Virus record (IMG/VR): IMGVR_UViG_3300029705_000042
Direction: 5' to 3' (one strand)
Length of the DNA: 64,000 bases
Source: a virus
Lineage: Duplodnaviria; Caudoviricetes
A program made the translations under genes and the position numbers. The stretch's first letter is position 1; every line of letters starts with the position of its first letter. The notes under the pieces are model-generated. The model did no database searches and was not told the origin of the DNA. It saw only the letters and a program-made list of their open reading frames with translations. Below are positions 11,838 to 22,026 of the stretch, in pieces.

Positions 11838-12101
11838 TTAATTGTTTCTTCCGACTGTGCAAATAAATTTAATGAATTTACAAAACCACCAAATTATTGA
11901 AAAAACAGGGCAAAGTAGATTAAAGATTAGACATACTACTCCTGTTCCAAAATAATTTAATTCCCATTCATCATATATCCAGATAGGACTCAGTATATTA
12001 TTATCGTCCGAAGGTCTAAGCTTATTTACCCAGAATATCAGAAGAAACAATCCTCCAAATATATGCCAGACAAGCAAAACAGCTATATACCAAGGCATCA
12101 T
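11838..12101 (-). CDS. Small membrane protein
   Basis: Two hydrophobic segments. Confidence 0.6.
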   Translation of the reverse strand: MMPWYIAVLLVWHIFGGLFLLIFWVNKLRPSDDNNILSPIWIYDEWELNYFGTGVVCLIFNLLCPVFSIIWWFCKFIKFICTVGRNN

Positions 12102-12281
12102 TTCATTTTATCTCCTTCCAGCCATTTCTCTCAATAATTGTTCGCATATTAATGAAGCATTCGAAACCATCTTAACTGTTGGCTGTTTCGTTGTGCTGCT
12201 TTTGTATTAAGACTGAGCAATATTGCTAATACAATATTTAAAACTACTGAACAAATTAATCCGATAATAAGCCAAACCATA

Positions 12282-12587
12282 TCAAAATACCTCTTTCCAA
12301 TTATTCCTCTGTATAATTGCCCGCATATTAGCAACGCCGACAGGATTCATACTGTGGATGCGAATAGGGTAGTTGCGACTAGTCTCTTCAAGCCAATCAA
12401 GGAGTTTGATGTAGTCACCACCGAAACAAACATAGTCTCCAGCATCATGGTCTATGTCGATGAGTTCAAAAGGTTCTCCTAAACTTTCCCGTACCTCAAT
12501 CCACTGTTTAGCATTCTCAACACTCATAGACCAAACATCGTAACCTTCAGGTGCAGGTCTTACATCGTCTATCCAAAGTTTCATCAC
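12282..12587 (-). CDS. Cyclic-phosphate-processing receiver-like (cREC) domain protein
   Basis: Signature LWIDDVRPAP...DIDHDAG...IHSMNPVG. Confidence 0.7.
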   Translation of the reverse strand: MMKLWIDDVRPAPEGYDVWSMSVENAKQWIEVRESLGEPFELIDIDHDAGDYVCFGGDYIKLLDWLEETSRNYPIRIHSMNPVGVANMRAIIQRNNWKEVF

Positions 12588-12801
12588 TTAAAATCCTTCT
12601 TTTATAATCTCTAACCTTTTCAAGTCTTCCCAATGTGCATTTTGAAATCTCTTGATTGCTTCTTCTTTAGAAAATGATGGTTGCTTTTCTACATATGCAA
12701 CACCCATTTCGTATGAACTTCTTATGACCTGATATATATATCGTTTAAACACTTCTACATCAAAAAGTATAGTACTCTTTTCCATCGCTTAAACCTTTCT
12801 T

Positions 12802-13716
12802 TTATCTCCCATTCAGAATTTTCTGAAACATTTCGTCAATGCTATCCATAATAGGATATCTTTCAGTTGCCAAAGAATTCTTGCCAAAAGTTCCGTCTAC
12901 CATGTCAATATAAAAAGTATAATTACCATCGTCTCCCATGTAGAATTCTTCCCACTGCTCTTCGGGCAAATGCTTTTGTACATTAAGCTGCTTAATTGCA
13001 AGGTTATCAAAACTTACAACCTTGAACCAGCCAGTGTTAATAATCTCAGGGAACAGATATTTATCCAAGTCTTCCTGCAAGGCATTAACAATCTCGTCAT
13101 TCTGTTCATAATAACTTTCTCCACGACGAAGGTTCTTGTATCCAAGAATAAGAATCTTAAGGTCATATCCAGCAAGGCGAATCAAGTCACATACAGAAAC
13201 TACACCATTAATAACATGAATAACAGCGTTCGGAATCTGAGTAATCATACTAATAAATTCATCGGTAGACTCTCTCAAAGAAACACCAAGACCGTAGATT
13301 AAACCCTCATCAATCCATTCTTTGATAGTATCAAAGTGTCTCTCAAAGTGAATTTGATTGACCGTCATATTCAAAATGATTTTCTTTTCCTTCATCTTCT
13401 GCATAAAAGGAATTAAATCAGGGTGGGAAAGGTCATTACCATTAATGGCAAGTTCAGTATAAGGGTGTAAAGTATCGAGGAATTTATAGTTTAAGATGTC
13501 ACCGTGTCTGCCGTTAGGAGTACATCCTTCATAGCAGAACGGACATCCGCCATCACACTTATCAGTAATTTTTACATCGCAATTTTCCGCAAAAGAAGGA
13601 ATGAATTCATCATCATTCGTCTCTCTAATCTTAGTTCCGTCAGACAGAATCTTAACGGAATAATTACCATTCTTATATACTCCTAACAGCTTCACCATAT
13701 CAATTCTCCTTATCAA
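12802..13716 (-). CDS. Radical SAM protein
   Basis: CxxxCxxC motif CDGGCPFC; no SPASM Cys cluster seen. Confidence 0.85.
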   Translation of the reverse strand: MIRRIDMVKLLGVYKNGNYSVKILSDGTKIRETNDDEFIPSFAENCDVKITDKCDGGCPFCYEGCTPNGRHGDILNYKFLDTLHPYTELAINGNDLSHPDLIPFMQKMKEKKIILNMTVNQIHFERHFDTIKEWIDEGLIYGLGVSLRESTDEFISMITQIPNAVIHVINGVVSVCDLIRLAGYDLKILILGYKNLRRGESYYEQNDEIVNALQEDLDKYLFPEIINTGWFKVVSFDNLAIKQLNVQKHLPEEQWEEFYMGDDGNYTFYIDMVDGTFGKNSLATERYPIMDSIDEMFQKILNGR

Positions 13717-14081
13717 TCATAACCATACTCGCCAAAGGCAACAATTGTTTCGCCAGAGGGAGTCGTAAATTCTTCATAAAAACCTTCGAGATATTCGTTG
13801 CCCTCGTCATCCCAAGAGATAAAGCCAATATCTTTCAGAATCTCGTCATCAATTTCTTCTTTGTCCTTATAATATTTATTCCTCTTTGCAAATTCTACTG
13901 CTTCATCTCTTGTATAAAGCTGATTCTCAACAGGCTTGCTAAATTCCCATCCCCAACCATCTCTATACAGATAAAGATGTTCTTTATGCCATCTATCGTA
14001 ATCGCTCTTCATCATCATTGTAATAGAATGGGTGCTGCTACTATTAGTTTCAAAAACGCTTCGTCTAATCTGTCTCTTCAT
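13713..14081 (-). CDS. Hypothetical protein with N-terminal RxSVFETNSSSTHS motif
   Basis: MKRQIRRSVFETNSSSTHSI; overlaps the radical SAM ORF start. Confidence 0.75.
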   Translation of the reverse strand: MKRQIRRSVFETNSSSTHSITMMMKSDYDRWHKEHLYLYRDGWGWEFSKPVENQLYTRDEAVEFAKRNKYYKDKEEIDDEILKDIGFISWDDEGNEYLEGFYEEFTTPSGETIVAFGEYGYD

Positions 14082-14095
14082 ATTAATTTTCCTCC

Positions 14096-14644
14096 TTAGT
14101 TTCCTTTGTAAAAATAATCATAATTTTCGGGGTCATGATATGGATTTAGCTTTTCAACATATTTGCCATTCTCATATTCCCAAGTTGTTCTATCGGCAAT
14201 ATTACATCCTGCGGGACAAGAGTCTTGATTGTCATTCCCAGTATAAACACTACTATCGCCAAACAGATATCTCATAAGTAAATCTTCGTTTCCAAGAACG
14301 GCGAAGATGAATTCTCTTGCTTCGTTGCTATGGTCAACATATCCATAATCAAGCCACTTATATCCAGACTCGCTATCAATATACTTAGGCTCTTCAAATT
14401 CGTATTCAATTGAATAGCTATCCAGTATGTTCTTAAGCTGTTCAAGCAATTCATCAGAATCATTCTGTTCAAGAATAGCAGTATAAAGATAATCTGCCGT
14501 GTCTACACAGTCATTTTCCCAACCGAATTCTCCGATTCTGAAATGAATATATTTTCCAATCACAGGATTCTTCTTTGAAATGGCAATGCTGTGCGTACTA
14601 CTTGAATTTGTTTCAAACACACTATTTCTAATCTGTCTTTTCAT
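14096..14644 (-). CDS. Hypothetical protein with N-terminal RxSVFETNSSSTHS motif
   Basis: MKRQIRNSVFETNSSSTHSI. Confidence 0.75.
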   Translation of the reverse strand: MKRQIRNSVFETNSSSTHSIAISKKNPVIGKYIHFRIGEFGWENDCVDTADYLYTAILEQNDSDELLEQLKNILDSYSIEYEFEEPKYIDSESGYKWLDYGYVDHSNEAREFIFAVLGNEDLLMRYLFGDSSVYTGNDNQDSCPAGCNIADRTTWEYENGKYVEKLNPYHDPENYDYFYKGN

Positions 14645-14682
14645 ATAAATTTATTCCTTTCTTATTTATTAAAAACCTTATT

Positions 14683-14823
14683 TTATTTGCTCTTTATTTT
14701 CTTATACCGAGGGCAATCTTTTGTTGACTTATTTCCACAAACAACATTATCCATATACCAAATACAACAACCGCCCTCTTTAATTGCTTTCTGATATATC
14801 TTACAGTTCTTACATTTACTCAT
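14683..14823 (-). CDS. 46-aa six-cysteine peptide (paralog of 17801-17944)
   Basis: Hand translation MSKCKNCKIYQKAIKEGGCCIWYMDNVVCGNKSTKDCPRYKKIKSK; GAGGT RBS. Confidence 0.7.
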   Translation of the reverse strand: MSKCKNCKIYQKAIKEGGCCIWYMDNVVCGNKSTKDCPRYKKIKSK

Positions 14824-14833
14824 AACTTACCTC

Positions 14834-15418
14834 TTAAAACTCTCTTCGTCCAATCATCGTATTTACCACATCAGCCACATCTTTATTCGCCTGAGCAACC
14901 TTGACATTATTGTTGTCTACAATGGTTCTATATCCAACACAAAGCTCCTCAAGATTCTTAATCATAGTTCGATACTCTTTAATCTGAGTCTCGGCATCAG
15001 TAATCATTTCTTTATATGTATTGGATTCTGTCTGCACCTGCTGCTTTGTATTTTCCAAGACCTCTTTATATGTATTTAACTTTTCCATCATCTTGGATAC
15101 ATACAATTTGTTAAACTCCTCGTCAAATCCAAGGTCAATCTTATAAAGAGTGACAACATTCTTTGCTCTACTATCTAAAAGAACAACCCAACAATCTTTG
15201 AGATACACATCAATCACATTACCCTTGCCATCCTTCTGCGACTGCTTACCTGTGTAAATAAGTTCTCCATAGTTTATAAGCTTATGTATATCGGTTTTAA
15301 TTTTTTCCTCGTTCAAGGTAATAAAACGATTTACATCCATATCGTTTTCTTTGCCCATAATGCGCTCAGCATAACGAGTTTTGCAATGTGCCGAAATTTG
15401 ATAATCTATAACTTCCAC
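14834..15418 (-). CDS. Hypothetical protein with C-terminal coiled coil
   Basis: 194-aa ORF with GGAGG RBS. Confidence 0.7.
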   Translation of the reverse strand: MEVIDYQISAHCKTRYAERIMGKENDMDVNRFITLNEEKIKTDIHKLINYGELIYTGKQSQKDGKGNVIDVYLKDCWVVLLDSRAKNVVTLYKIDLGFDEEFNKLYVSKMMEKLNTYKEVLENTKQQVQTESNTYKEMITDAETQIKEYRTMIKNLEELCVGYRTIVDNNNVKVAQANKDVADVVNTMIGRREF

Positions 15419-15430
15419 AATATACCTCCG

Positions 15431-16189
15431 CTACATTATTTGAGAATTGTCATAAGACCAAGTTCCAAAATATATTTCTTCTGCTTTCTTTCGTGCCTTA
15501 ACAGCATCTTCAAACTTATCAAAAAATCCTAAATGCATTTCATTTCTGTCCTTTGATATTCTCGCATGCCATTTCCCAATTCTTTTATTCCAACTAACAC
15601 CAGTTACACCACTTGTATTATCACTCTTCAAACCTTTGTTCATTTGATTTTGACTGTTGGTTGCAACTCTAAGATTATACTTCCTATTATCATTTCTTGT
15701 CTCTTTTCCATGGATATGGTCAACTTCTACTTTTTTATATGAAACTTCAGTTAATCCCATTACGAGCCTATGCATCTGAATGTTTTTCTTTGAATTTTTT
15801 ATGTCTTTTGCGACAATATATCTATTGGCACCGATATGCCAACTATAATCTTTTATCTTTTCATAATCTTCTAAGTCAAAATAAAATTCTTCGCCATTAG
15901 CAGTATATCCTATTCCATATTCACCAGATAAATCGTATGTATTATATTTCTTTTTCTTTATTGCATTACTTTCTTTTGTTCTTTCCGTCTTAAGACATCC
16001 ACAAGATTGTGTTTTCTTGCTATGTAACTGTGTGGCACGAACAATGACTTTAGTTTTATTTTCGCAACTACATTCGCACAACCACTGCGAATCGTGCCTC
16101 CCTTTCGGTGAAATATAATCTTCTACTTGTTCTAAAACGGTTAATCTATTAAACTTTTGTCCAGTTAAATCTTTTTTCACTTTAACCAT
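15431..16189 (-). CDS. HNH-AP2 homing endonuclease
   Basis: DLTGQKFNRLTV N-terminal domain, HNH core MHRLV...VDHIHG...DNRKYNLR...N, and AP2 domain SGVTGVSW...WHARI...HLGFFDKFEDAVKAR. Confidence 0.85.
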   Translation of the reverse strand: MVKVKKDLTGQKFNRLTVLEQVEDYISPKGRHDSQWLCECSCENKTKVIVRATQLHSKKTQSCGCLKTERTKESNAIKKKKYNTYDLSGEYGIGYTANGEEFYFDLEDYEKIKDYSWHIGANRYIVAKDIKNSKKNIQMHRLVMGLTEVSYKKVEVDHIHGKETRNDNRKYNLRVATNSQNQMNKGLKSDNTSGVTGVSWNKRIGKWHARISKDRNEMHLGFFDKFEDAVKARKKAEEIYFGTWSYDNSQIM

Positions 16190-17772
16190 ATTATTAACCT
16201 CTTAAAATCCCCTATTGTGTGTTCCATTTGATATATCTGACCATTGAAAAATACATTGCTTGCCATCATCTTAATAATTTCTCTTGCTTCTTCTAGTGTT
16301 TTAATTTCATCAATTGCTTTTACATCGTGCTTCATAATGCGTTTATACAATTCACATACTCTATCAAACATATTTTCCATCCCTTACAAAACCTTTAATT
16401 GTCAACATTATATTTCTCATAATCAATTATTCCAAACTGGTCATCCTGGTCAAATATATTAGGATAAAAAATTCCAACCCAAAAATCATCTTGAAGTGCT
16501 TGGTAAGCTTTAAATTCTTCGTTCCATTTTTGTACCTCAGCAACAACCTCTTCGTTCAATGCACCTGATTCATCACAATAATCGCCACTTGTTACCTTAT
16601 ATTCAAGCGTCTCGTAAGTTTCTTTGTCCACAAATCTATTAGCTAAATATATTCCCGTATGCATACAACCAAGGATAAATATCATAATTGCAAGCACAAC
16701 GCCTGAAATGCGATATATCAACGCTCCAACACACACAATACCATCACTATCTATTCTGAATCCCCAGATAAGCAATCCAACACCTATGATAAATATAATT
16801 GCAAACAACCACAACAACATAATAAATAATAACCCCTTTCTACATTTAAAATTCTTGTTTTATATTCCGTAAAATTCCTTCATAGAAATAATTGAGTTAT
16901 CATAATGGCAAACATAATATGCCTCACCATTATTTTCAAATACATCAATATTTGAAATATGTACACAACGATAATACATATCATCGTCTTTAGATTGCCC
17001 TTCATCTAAAACCAACCAGCCATCAACGATATTGCCAGCATCTGTTGGTTTAAATAGTCGCACATCCCAAGCGTGTCTATCATATGGTGAATAAAAACAT
17101 TTTCCCTGTAATATTCTTGTCATATCTTTTACCTCTAAAGCTTTAAAAATCTTCTTTTATGTCGTCTTTTGGAATCCAATTAGAATATGCATCATAATCT
17201 TTCATACAATCATTAACATATTCACCACAACCATGAGTTTCTTCGTTGCAACGACCACAGTTTGCACATTTTCTTCCATCCTTAAAACATACAACACGAA
17301 CAATTTCATAAACCTGAATCTCCTTGTTCTTAAAAGGAAACTCTTTGCACTTTGGACACTTAATTGTTTCTACCATTTCTTCTTCGGTCATTTCATATCC
17401 AGTCCAACTATTATTCGTTTCAAAATATACTGCATCTTGTTCACACTCTTCAATAGAGTGCATATAATATCCGTCAGACCCATTATCATTAAATAAATTA
17501 ACTGCTACTGTTTTTATTGGCATTCCGCATTTTTCACAATACATACTCTCACCTATTAAAACTCTGCTTTTATGTCATTATCTATTGATTATTCTTTCGA
17601 TATCTTCCAAAGAATATTTTATTGAATCTATCAGACGGAAGATTTCATCTCGTCCTCTTTCCGTCTCATATCCAATTCTCAATATCTCTATTACCGCACA
17701 GTGAAACTTACTTGAAACTTCATTTTCTTTATTCAATAACATATCAACAATCTGCTTTGTGTTCATACTCAC
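16177..17772 (-). other. Small hypothetical genes (16177-16380, 16395-16820 membrane protein, 16860-17123, 17143-17544 Cys-rich, 17578-17772)
   Basis: Co-oriented ORFs with RBS. Confidence 0.65.
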
Positions 17773-17800
17773 CTCAAAATTTCCACTTAAAACTTTACTT

Positions 17801-17944
17801 TTAAGTCCCCTTTTTATATTTATATTCCGTACAATCTTTTACAGATTTATTTCCGCAAACAACATTGTCCATATACCACTTACAACAAGCAAACTTGTTC
17901 AAGGTCTTGTTGTATGTCTTACAAGTCTTACATCTATTATCCAT
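17801..17944 (-). CDS. 47-aa six-cysteine peptide (paralog of 14683-14823)
   Basis: Hand translation MDNRCKTCKTYNKTLNKFACCKWYMDNVVCGNKSVKDCTEYKYKKGT. Confidence 0.7.
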   Translation of the reverse strand: MDNRCKTCKTYNKTLNKFACCKWYMDNVVCGNKSVKDCTEYKYKKGT

Positions 17945-17957
17945 ATAACATTGCCTC

Positions 17958-18602
17958 TTAATCTTCCGTTTCTTCGTCTTCCATCTTCATGACTACATCG
18001 CAGATACCACACTTGATAGTCATATCTCTCTTACCCTTAACTTCTGCTCCACAATCTGGACAAGTGTACTTGAAGACGCTCTTCTTTCTTCCGCCACCGC
18101 CACTAGACGGCTTCATAGGGACACTTCTGAAATACTCGAATGCTTCTTCATTGGGCTTAACAACTTCGTTCATATAGGCTTCCAAAGCTTCAGACATAGA
18201 AGTGTAGCCATAGCCAACACCCTTGCCCTTTTCAACTACCAGACCAACTTTTTCCGCAGAACTCTTGAACTTCTTATTATGTACGTTACCGCTACAATCC
18301 TTAATGTCATTCATCTTATTATAGTAATGGCACATCTCATGCAGAAGAGTTTCTGCTACATCAGCAGGAGTGCGAGTATTGAACCATCTGGGGTCGATAT
18401 TAATTTCATAGTAAGAAGTTTCTTCCGACTCAACATCATTCTTATCTCGCCAAGTTCTGTCTACTGTGAAATGTCCAAGGACGTTTCCTCTGGTCTTCTG
18501 AATGGTAATGACAGGTTCAGGCAGTTCCCCATTGAACTTATCACGATTCAGGATGTCAAAGATTCTATACAATTCTTCCAGTGCCTTGCCAATAATGTTC
18601 AT
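17958..18602 (-). CDS. SprT-like zinc metalloprotease
   Basis: TLLHEMCH (HExxH), a downstream H in VHNKKF, and a C-terminal CxxC...CxxC. Confidence 0.8.
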   Translation of the reverse strand: MNIIGKALEELYRIFDILNRDKFNGELPEPVITIQKTRGNVLGHFTVDRTWRDKNDVESEETSYYEINIDPRWFNTRTPADVAETLLHEMCHYYNKMNDIKDCSGNVHNKKFKSSAEKVGLVVEKGKGVGYGYTSMSEALEAYMNEVVKPNEEAFEYFRSVPMKPSSGGGGRKKSVFKYTCPDCGAEVKGKRDMTIKCGICDVVMKMEDEETED

Positions 18603-18634
18603 AATAATTGTTCCTTTCTTTAATTTACACTTGT

Positions 18635-18669
18635 ATTATATCACAAAATTTTCCATCTGTCAAGTAGTT
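18635..18669 (-). promoter_or_regulatory. Sigma70/A-type promoter with AACTAC upstream of the -35
   Basis: AACTAC-TTGACA-17-TATAAT with extended TG. Confidence 0.8.
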
Positions 18670-18749
18670 ATAAGAATATTCTGATAATTAAAGTTGCACA
18701 TTTTTTTAATATTTAAAAACAAACTTATTTTGGCTTTAAAATCTGTCTT

Positions 18750-19517
18750 TTAATCTTTTTTCTCTTCGGTCTTCTCGCAGTAAATTGTTCCTTTTAACTC
18801 CGCAAAACTATGTAACATCCAATGATGGTGGATATTATACGGATGTCTGAAGCAGGATTTATTATTGCATTTCGAAGAACAGAAAGTAATATCATCACTT
18901 GTCCATGAACTTTTCTTTTTCATATTTTCCACCTCATTGCTCTACATCACAGAACGCACCGTTCACATACATCTTTTCAAGATTGTGTGCAATTCGTAAT
19001 TCTCTGTCCGTCATTTCCCAAATAAGTTTCCATCTATCATTTTTATCTCTAATATAAATCATAGGCATTTTCTTTTCGTCATCCCAACACCAAAAGTTTG
19101 AGAATGCGTCAAGAGAGTTTGTATATACCTTTGTATCAAAAGAGCAATGGTCTTTGATATATCTTAATTTTCTACGACAATTGCTAAACCCCATTCCTGC
19201 ATCAATTTCAATAAGGTCTTCGCCAGTCTCTAATAATGCTCTATGGTGATTAAGCCAACCATCTTCAAAATAAACTATCATATTTTCCACCTCACAAGGC
19301 TATAAAATTCGCCTTTTATTTATTACATACCGCTCTTAATGTAATAAATTTTCGACTGAAGCCTACCAACTCTATCCATAACGGACAGATGCCAACCGCA
19401 CTTACTTCTTCCTTTTTCCATCTGTCGCTTGTATTCTTCATTGTGCTTCAAAAAATATTCCGTAAGAGCAGCGTCAATCAATTCAAGTTCTTCCTTATTA
19501 AACATAGCTACCTCCAC
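18750..19517 (-). other. Three small hypothetical genes (18750-18932, 18934-19290, 19323-19517)
   Basis: Co-oriented ORFs. Confidence 0.6.
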
Positions 19518-19605
19518 TTAAAATTTATCTTTTATGTTATGTTTATAACCTTATCTTTTATGTATTCGGTAAGTGGAATTATCTTCCACTTCCGATTGCA
19601 GATAT

Positions 19606-19634
19606 ATTATACACTATGTTTAACTACTTGTCAA
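19606..19634 (-). promoter_or_regulatory. Sigma70/A-type promoter
   Basis: TTGACA-17-TATAAT. Confidence 0.75.
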
Positions 19635-19656
19635 TAGTTTTTCTAAAATTTTCTTA

Positions 19657-20715
19657 TTATTTTTTGAAAAATTCCGTATAGGATTTTCCAATAGCGTTAT
19701 GTCTTGCTGTGATTGAGGCATTACGAGCGATTCCATTTGAACAAGCCTCCATATATGCAGAGTATGTTTCAGAATCGTTTTCAGTTTTGAAAAAGTTTAC
19801 CATAAACTCTGCAAACATTGCTTCGTTAATTTTCCCAATGGATTGTTTAATATACGGAATAAGGGAAATTAAATGTGTTTCCGTATATAGCTTTTTCGCC
19901 ACATCCTTCTCCTTATTACCTACTAATTCTTCATGTACACTCACCACATAATCAAATACTTTAGCAAGCTCTAATTTTTCACTATCGGAAATTTCCGCTT
20001 CCTCAATCATAGGATTAAACTGTTTACTTGCAAAAGAAATATCTTCTATATCTTTATTAAGCATCGTCCAAGCCTTCATCACAAGGGTTACTTGATTCTT
20101 GCTTGCTCTTGCTTTTTCCGTCAACATTTCTTCAAAGAGTTTGTGCGAACCAATATCAAGTAGCTCTTCAATATTCCGAGCAGATGCCAATGTCCTTGCC
20201 TTAGTTGACAAAGGTTTCCCATTATTTAACCGCTTAAACAACTCCCTTTCTTCTTCTTTGGTAAGATTGTCAAAGTATGTTACTGCAAATGTTACGGTAT
20301 TGAGATAATCCTTTAATCCCTCTGGCAGCTCACTAAATTTCTTATTAGAAATATCTACGACAACTTCTTTATCTTCATCTGTATCAAAGTAGGTAATAGG
20401 TTGTAACTTGGATAAAGCAAACTCATCGTTCAAAAATTCCTTTACAGTTGAAAGTCTTTGCTTACCGTCCATAATATAGTATGTGTTACTACCTCTTTTA
20501 CCGCTTCCATCGTCAATCCGTTTTGCATATACTGTTGGTATAGGATAACCAAGAATCATACTTTCAATTAGCGAAGATTTTCTTGCCCTCTCCCAAACAA
20601 AGCTTCTCTGGATAATGTGTTCAAAATTAATTTTTTCGTTCTTAACCATTCCGCTTAATTGTTTTGCCGACCAAACAATACTTGCTTTCTCTAATGACAT
20701 AAAGAACAACCCCAT
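19657..20715 (-). CDS. DUF262 (ParB/GmrS-like) domain protein
   Basis: Motifs QRSFVW, GYPIP, DGKQRL and FKRLNNG; no HNH/DUF1524 C-terminus seen. Confidence 0.75.
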   Translation of the reverse strand: MGLFFMSLEKASIVWSAKQLSGMVKNEKINFEHIIQRSFVWERARKSSLIESMILGYPIPTVYAKRIDDGSGKRGSNTYYIMDGKQRLSTVKEFLNDEFALSKLQPITYFDTDEDKEVVVDISNKKFSELPEGLKDYLNTVTFAVTYFDNLTKEEERELFKRLNNGKPLSTKARTLASARNIEELLDIGSHKLFEEMLTEKARASKNQVTLVMKAWTMLNKDIEDISFASKQFNPMIEEAEISDSEKLELAKVFDYVVSVHEELVGNKEKDVAKKLYTETHLISLIPYIKQSIGKINEAMFAEFMVNFFKTENDSETYSAYMEACSNGIARNASITARHNAIGKSYTEFFKK

Positions 20716-20739
20716 TCATATATTTTTATTTATTATAAC

Positions 20740-21540
20740 TTAATTATCAAGAAAATCCAATCCAAGATTCAAGCTGTTAAATACATCTTCAATTTCTTCA
20801 TCCATAATTCCAATATACCTTTTCGTGATAGCCACAGATGAGTGGTTGAAGATTGTCATTAACATTACCAAAGCCTTTTCTTTATCTTCTGCGTTATGCC
20901 ATACATGATAACCAAATGTTTTACGCAAGCTATGTGTTCCAATATTGCGTTCAATTCCAACTTCAATAGCGGTATTGGAAATAATTTTCCAAACACTTCT
21001 TTCAGAAATTGCATTGTCACCTTTTCTGGATTTGAAAACAAAATCGTTCATATCCTCAATCGGATATTGTTTTGTATATTCAATGATTGTTTTCTTTACA
21101 ACATCATTAAAATACAATGTAACAAACTTACGATGCTTCTTAGTTTTCTTTGGCTGAACCTTATAAGAATCTTTAAATGTCATATCATCTTTTAAGAAAA
21201 AATTCCAACGAAGTGTGATAAGGTCGCTGATACGAAGAGAAAGATTGATACCGATTAAAAACAGCATTTTATTCCGACAAGCAATCTGTTTCTTATTTTC
21301 ATCAGGAGCTTCTTCAATGCGTTTATTAAATACATCAATCATAGACTTAATCTCTTCTTCAGAAGTGAATGGATAAACCTCGCTTGATACACCAGCAACC
21401 TTATTACTATGTCGTTTGTCAATAGTTCCATCCTTATTAAGTCTAACTTCTTTTTTGGATAGTCCGCCACGAATAACCCTTCCAGAAAATCCGTTAAATT
21501 CTATAACATTGCTTGTTGAAGTTTTTGGTAAAGCACTCAT
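20740..21540 (-). CDS. Tyrosine recombinase/integrase (compact, mainly catalytic domain)
   Basis: Complete R-K-H-R-H-Y set: LRISDL, KKTKK, THSLRKT, NHSS, TKRYI. Confidence 0.9.
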   Translation of the reverse strand: MSALPKTSTSNVIEFNGFSGRVIRGGLSKKEVRLNKDGTIDKRHSNKVAGVSSEVYPFTSEEEIKSMIDVFNKRIEEAPDENKKQIACRNKMLFLIGINLSLRISDLITLRWNFFLKDDMTFKDSYKVQPKKTKKHRKFVTLYFNDVVKKTIIEYTKQYPIEDMNDFVFKSRKGDNAISERSVWKIISNTAIEVGIERNIGTHSLRKTFGYHVWHNAEDKEKALVMLMTIFNHSSVAITKRYIGIMDEEIEDVFNSLNLGLDFLDN

Positions 21541-21575
21541 TTATCTCACTCCTTATCTTCTATCTTTATGTCTTT

Positions 21576-21610
21576 ATTATACCACAACTCACTTGGTTTG
21601 TCAAGTAGTT
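21576..21610 (-). promoter_or_regulatory. Promoter of the recombinase-DUF262 pair
   Basis: AACTAC-TTGACA-17-TATAAT with extended TG. Confidence 0.8.
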
Positions 21611-21612
21611 TT

Positions 21613-22026
21613 CTAAAAATTTTTACATTTATATTTTTCTCTATGTTTTTCTCTCTCCTTCTCCAACTCTTCCGATGTTAAATTATATCTTCCTTGCTTT
21701 GCCCACTCCATTATTTGATAACCGTTATATTTCATTATATCTTGATTATATAATGTACAGTTTTCTATAACAATTTTTCCATCAATAGAATCTCTATGTG
21801 GTTCTGGATATTCTACTTTAGTTTGTGGCTCTGTTAATTTGTATTTGCCATTCTTAATGTTTTGCTGTATTTGTTTATATGGTACTCCTCTAATAATATC
21901 TCGGTCTAAAAGTTTTTTGTTGGCTCGTTGCTCGGCTGTAATTGTCGGCTCAAACATTCTTTTAATTTCATCAATACAAGTACTAATTAACGCTGCGGTA
22001 AATAATCCGTGTAACATATCTATCAC
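21613..22026 (-). CDS. Hypothetical protein
   Basis: 137-aa ORF with RBS. Confidence 0.6.
   Translation of the reverse strand: MIDMLHGLFTAALISTCIDEIKRMFEPTITAEQRANKKLLDRDIIRGVPYKQIQQNIKNGKYKLTEPQTKVEYPEPHRDSIDGKIVIENCTLYNQDIMKYNGYQIMEWAKQGRYNLTSEELEKEREKHREKYKCKNF

Noticed and set aside
14683-14823. SCIFF/ranthipeptide precursor
   Set aside because: It has six Cys in 46 aa, but the spacing differs from SCIFF, the radical SAM lacks a SPASM domain, and the paralog sits away from the enzyme.
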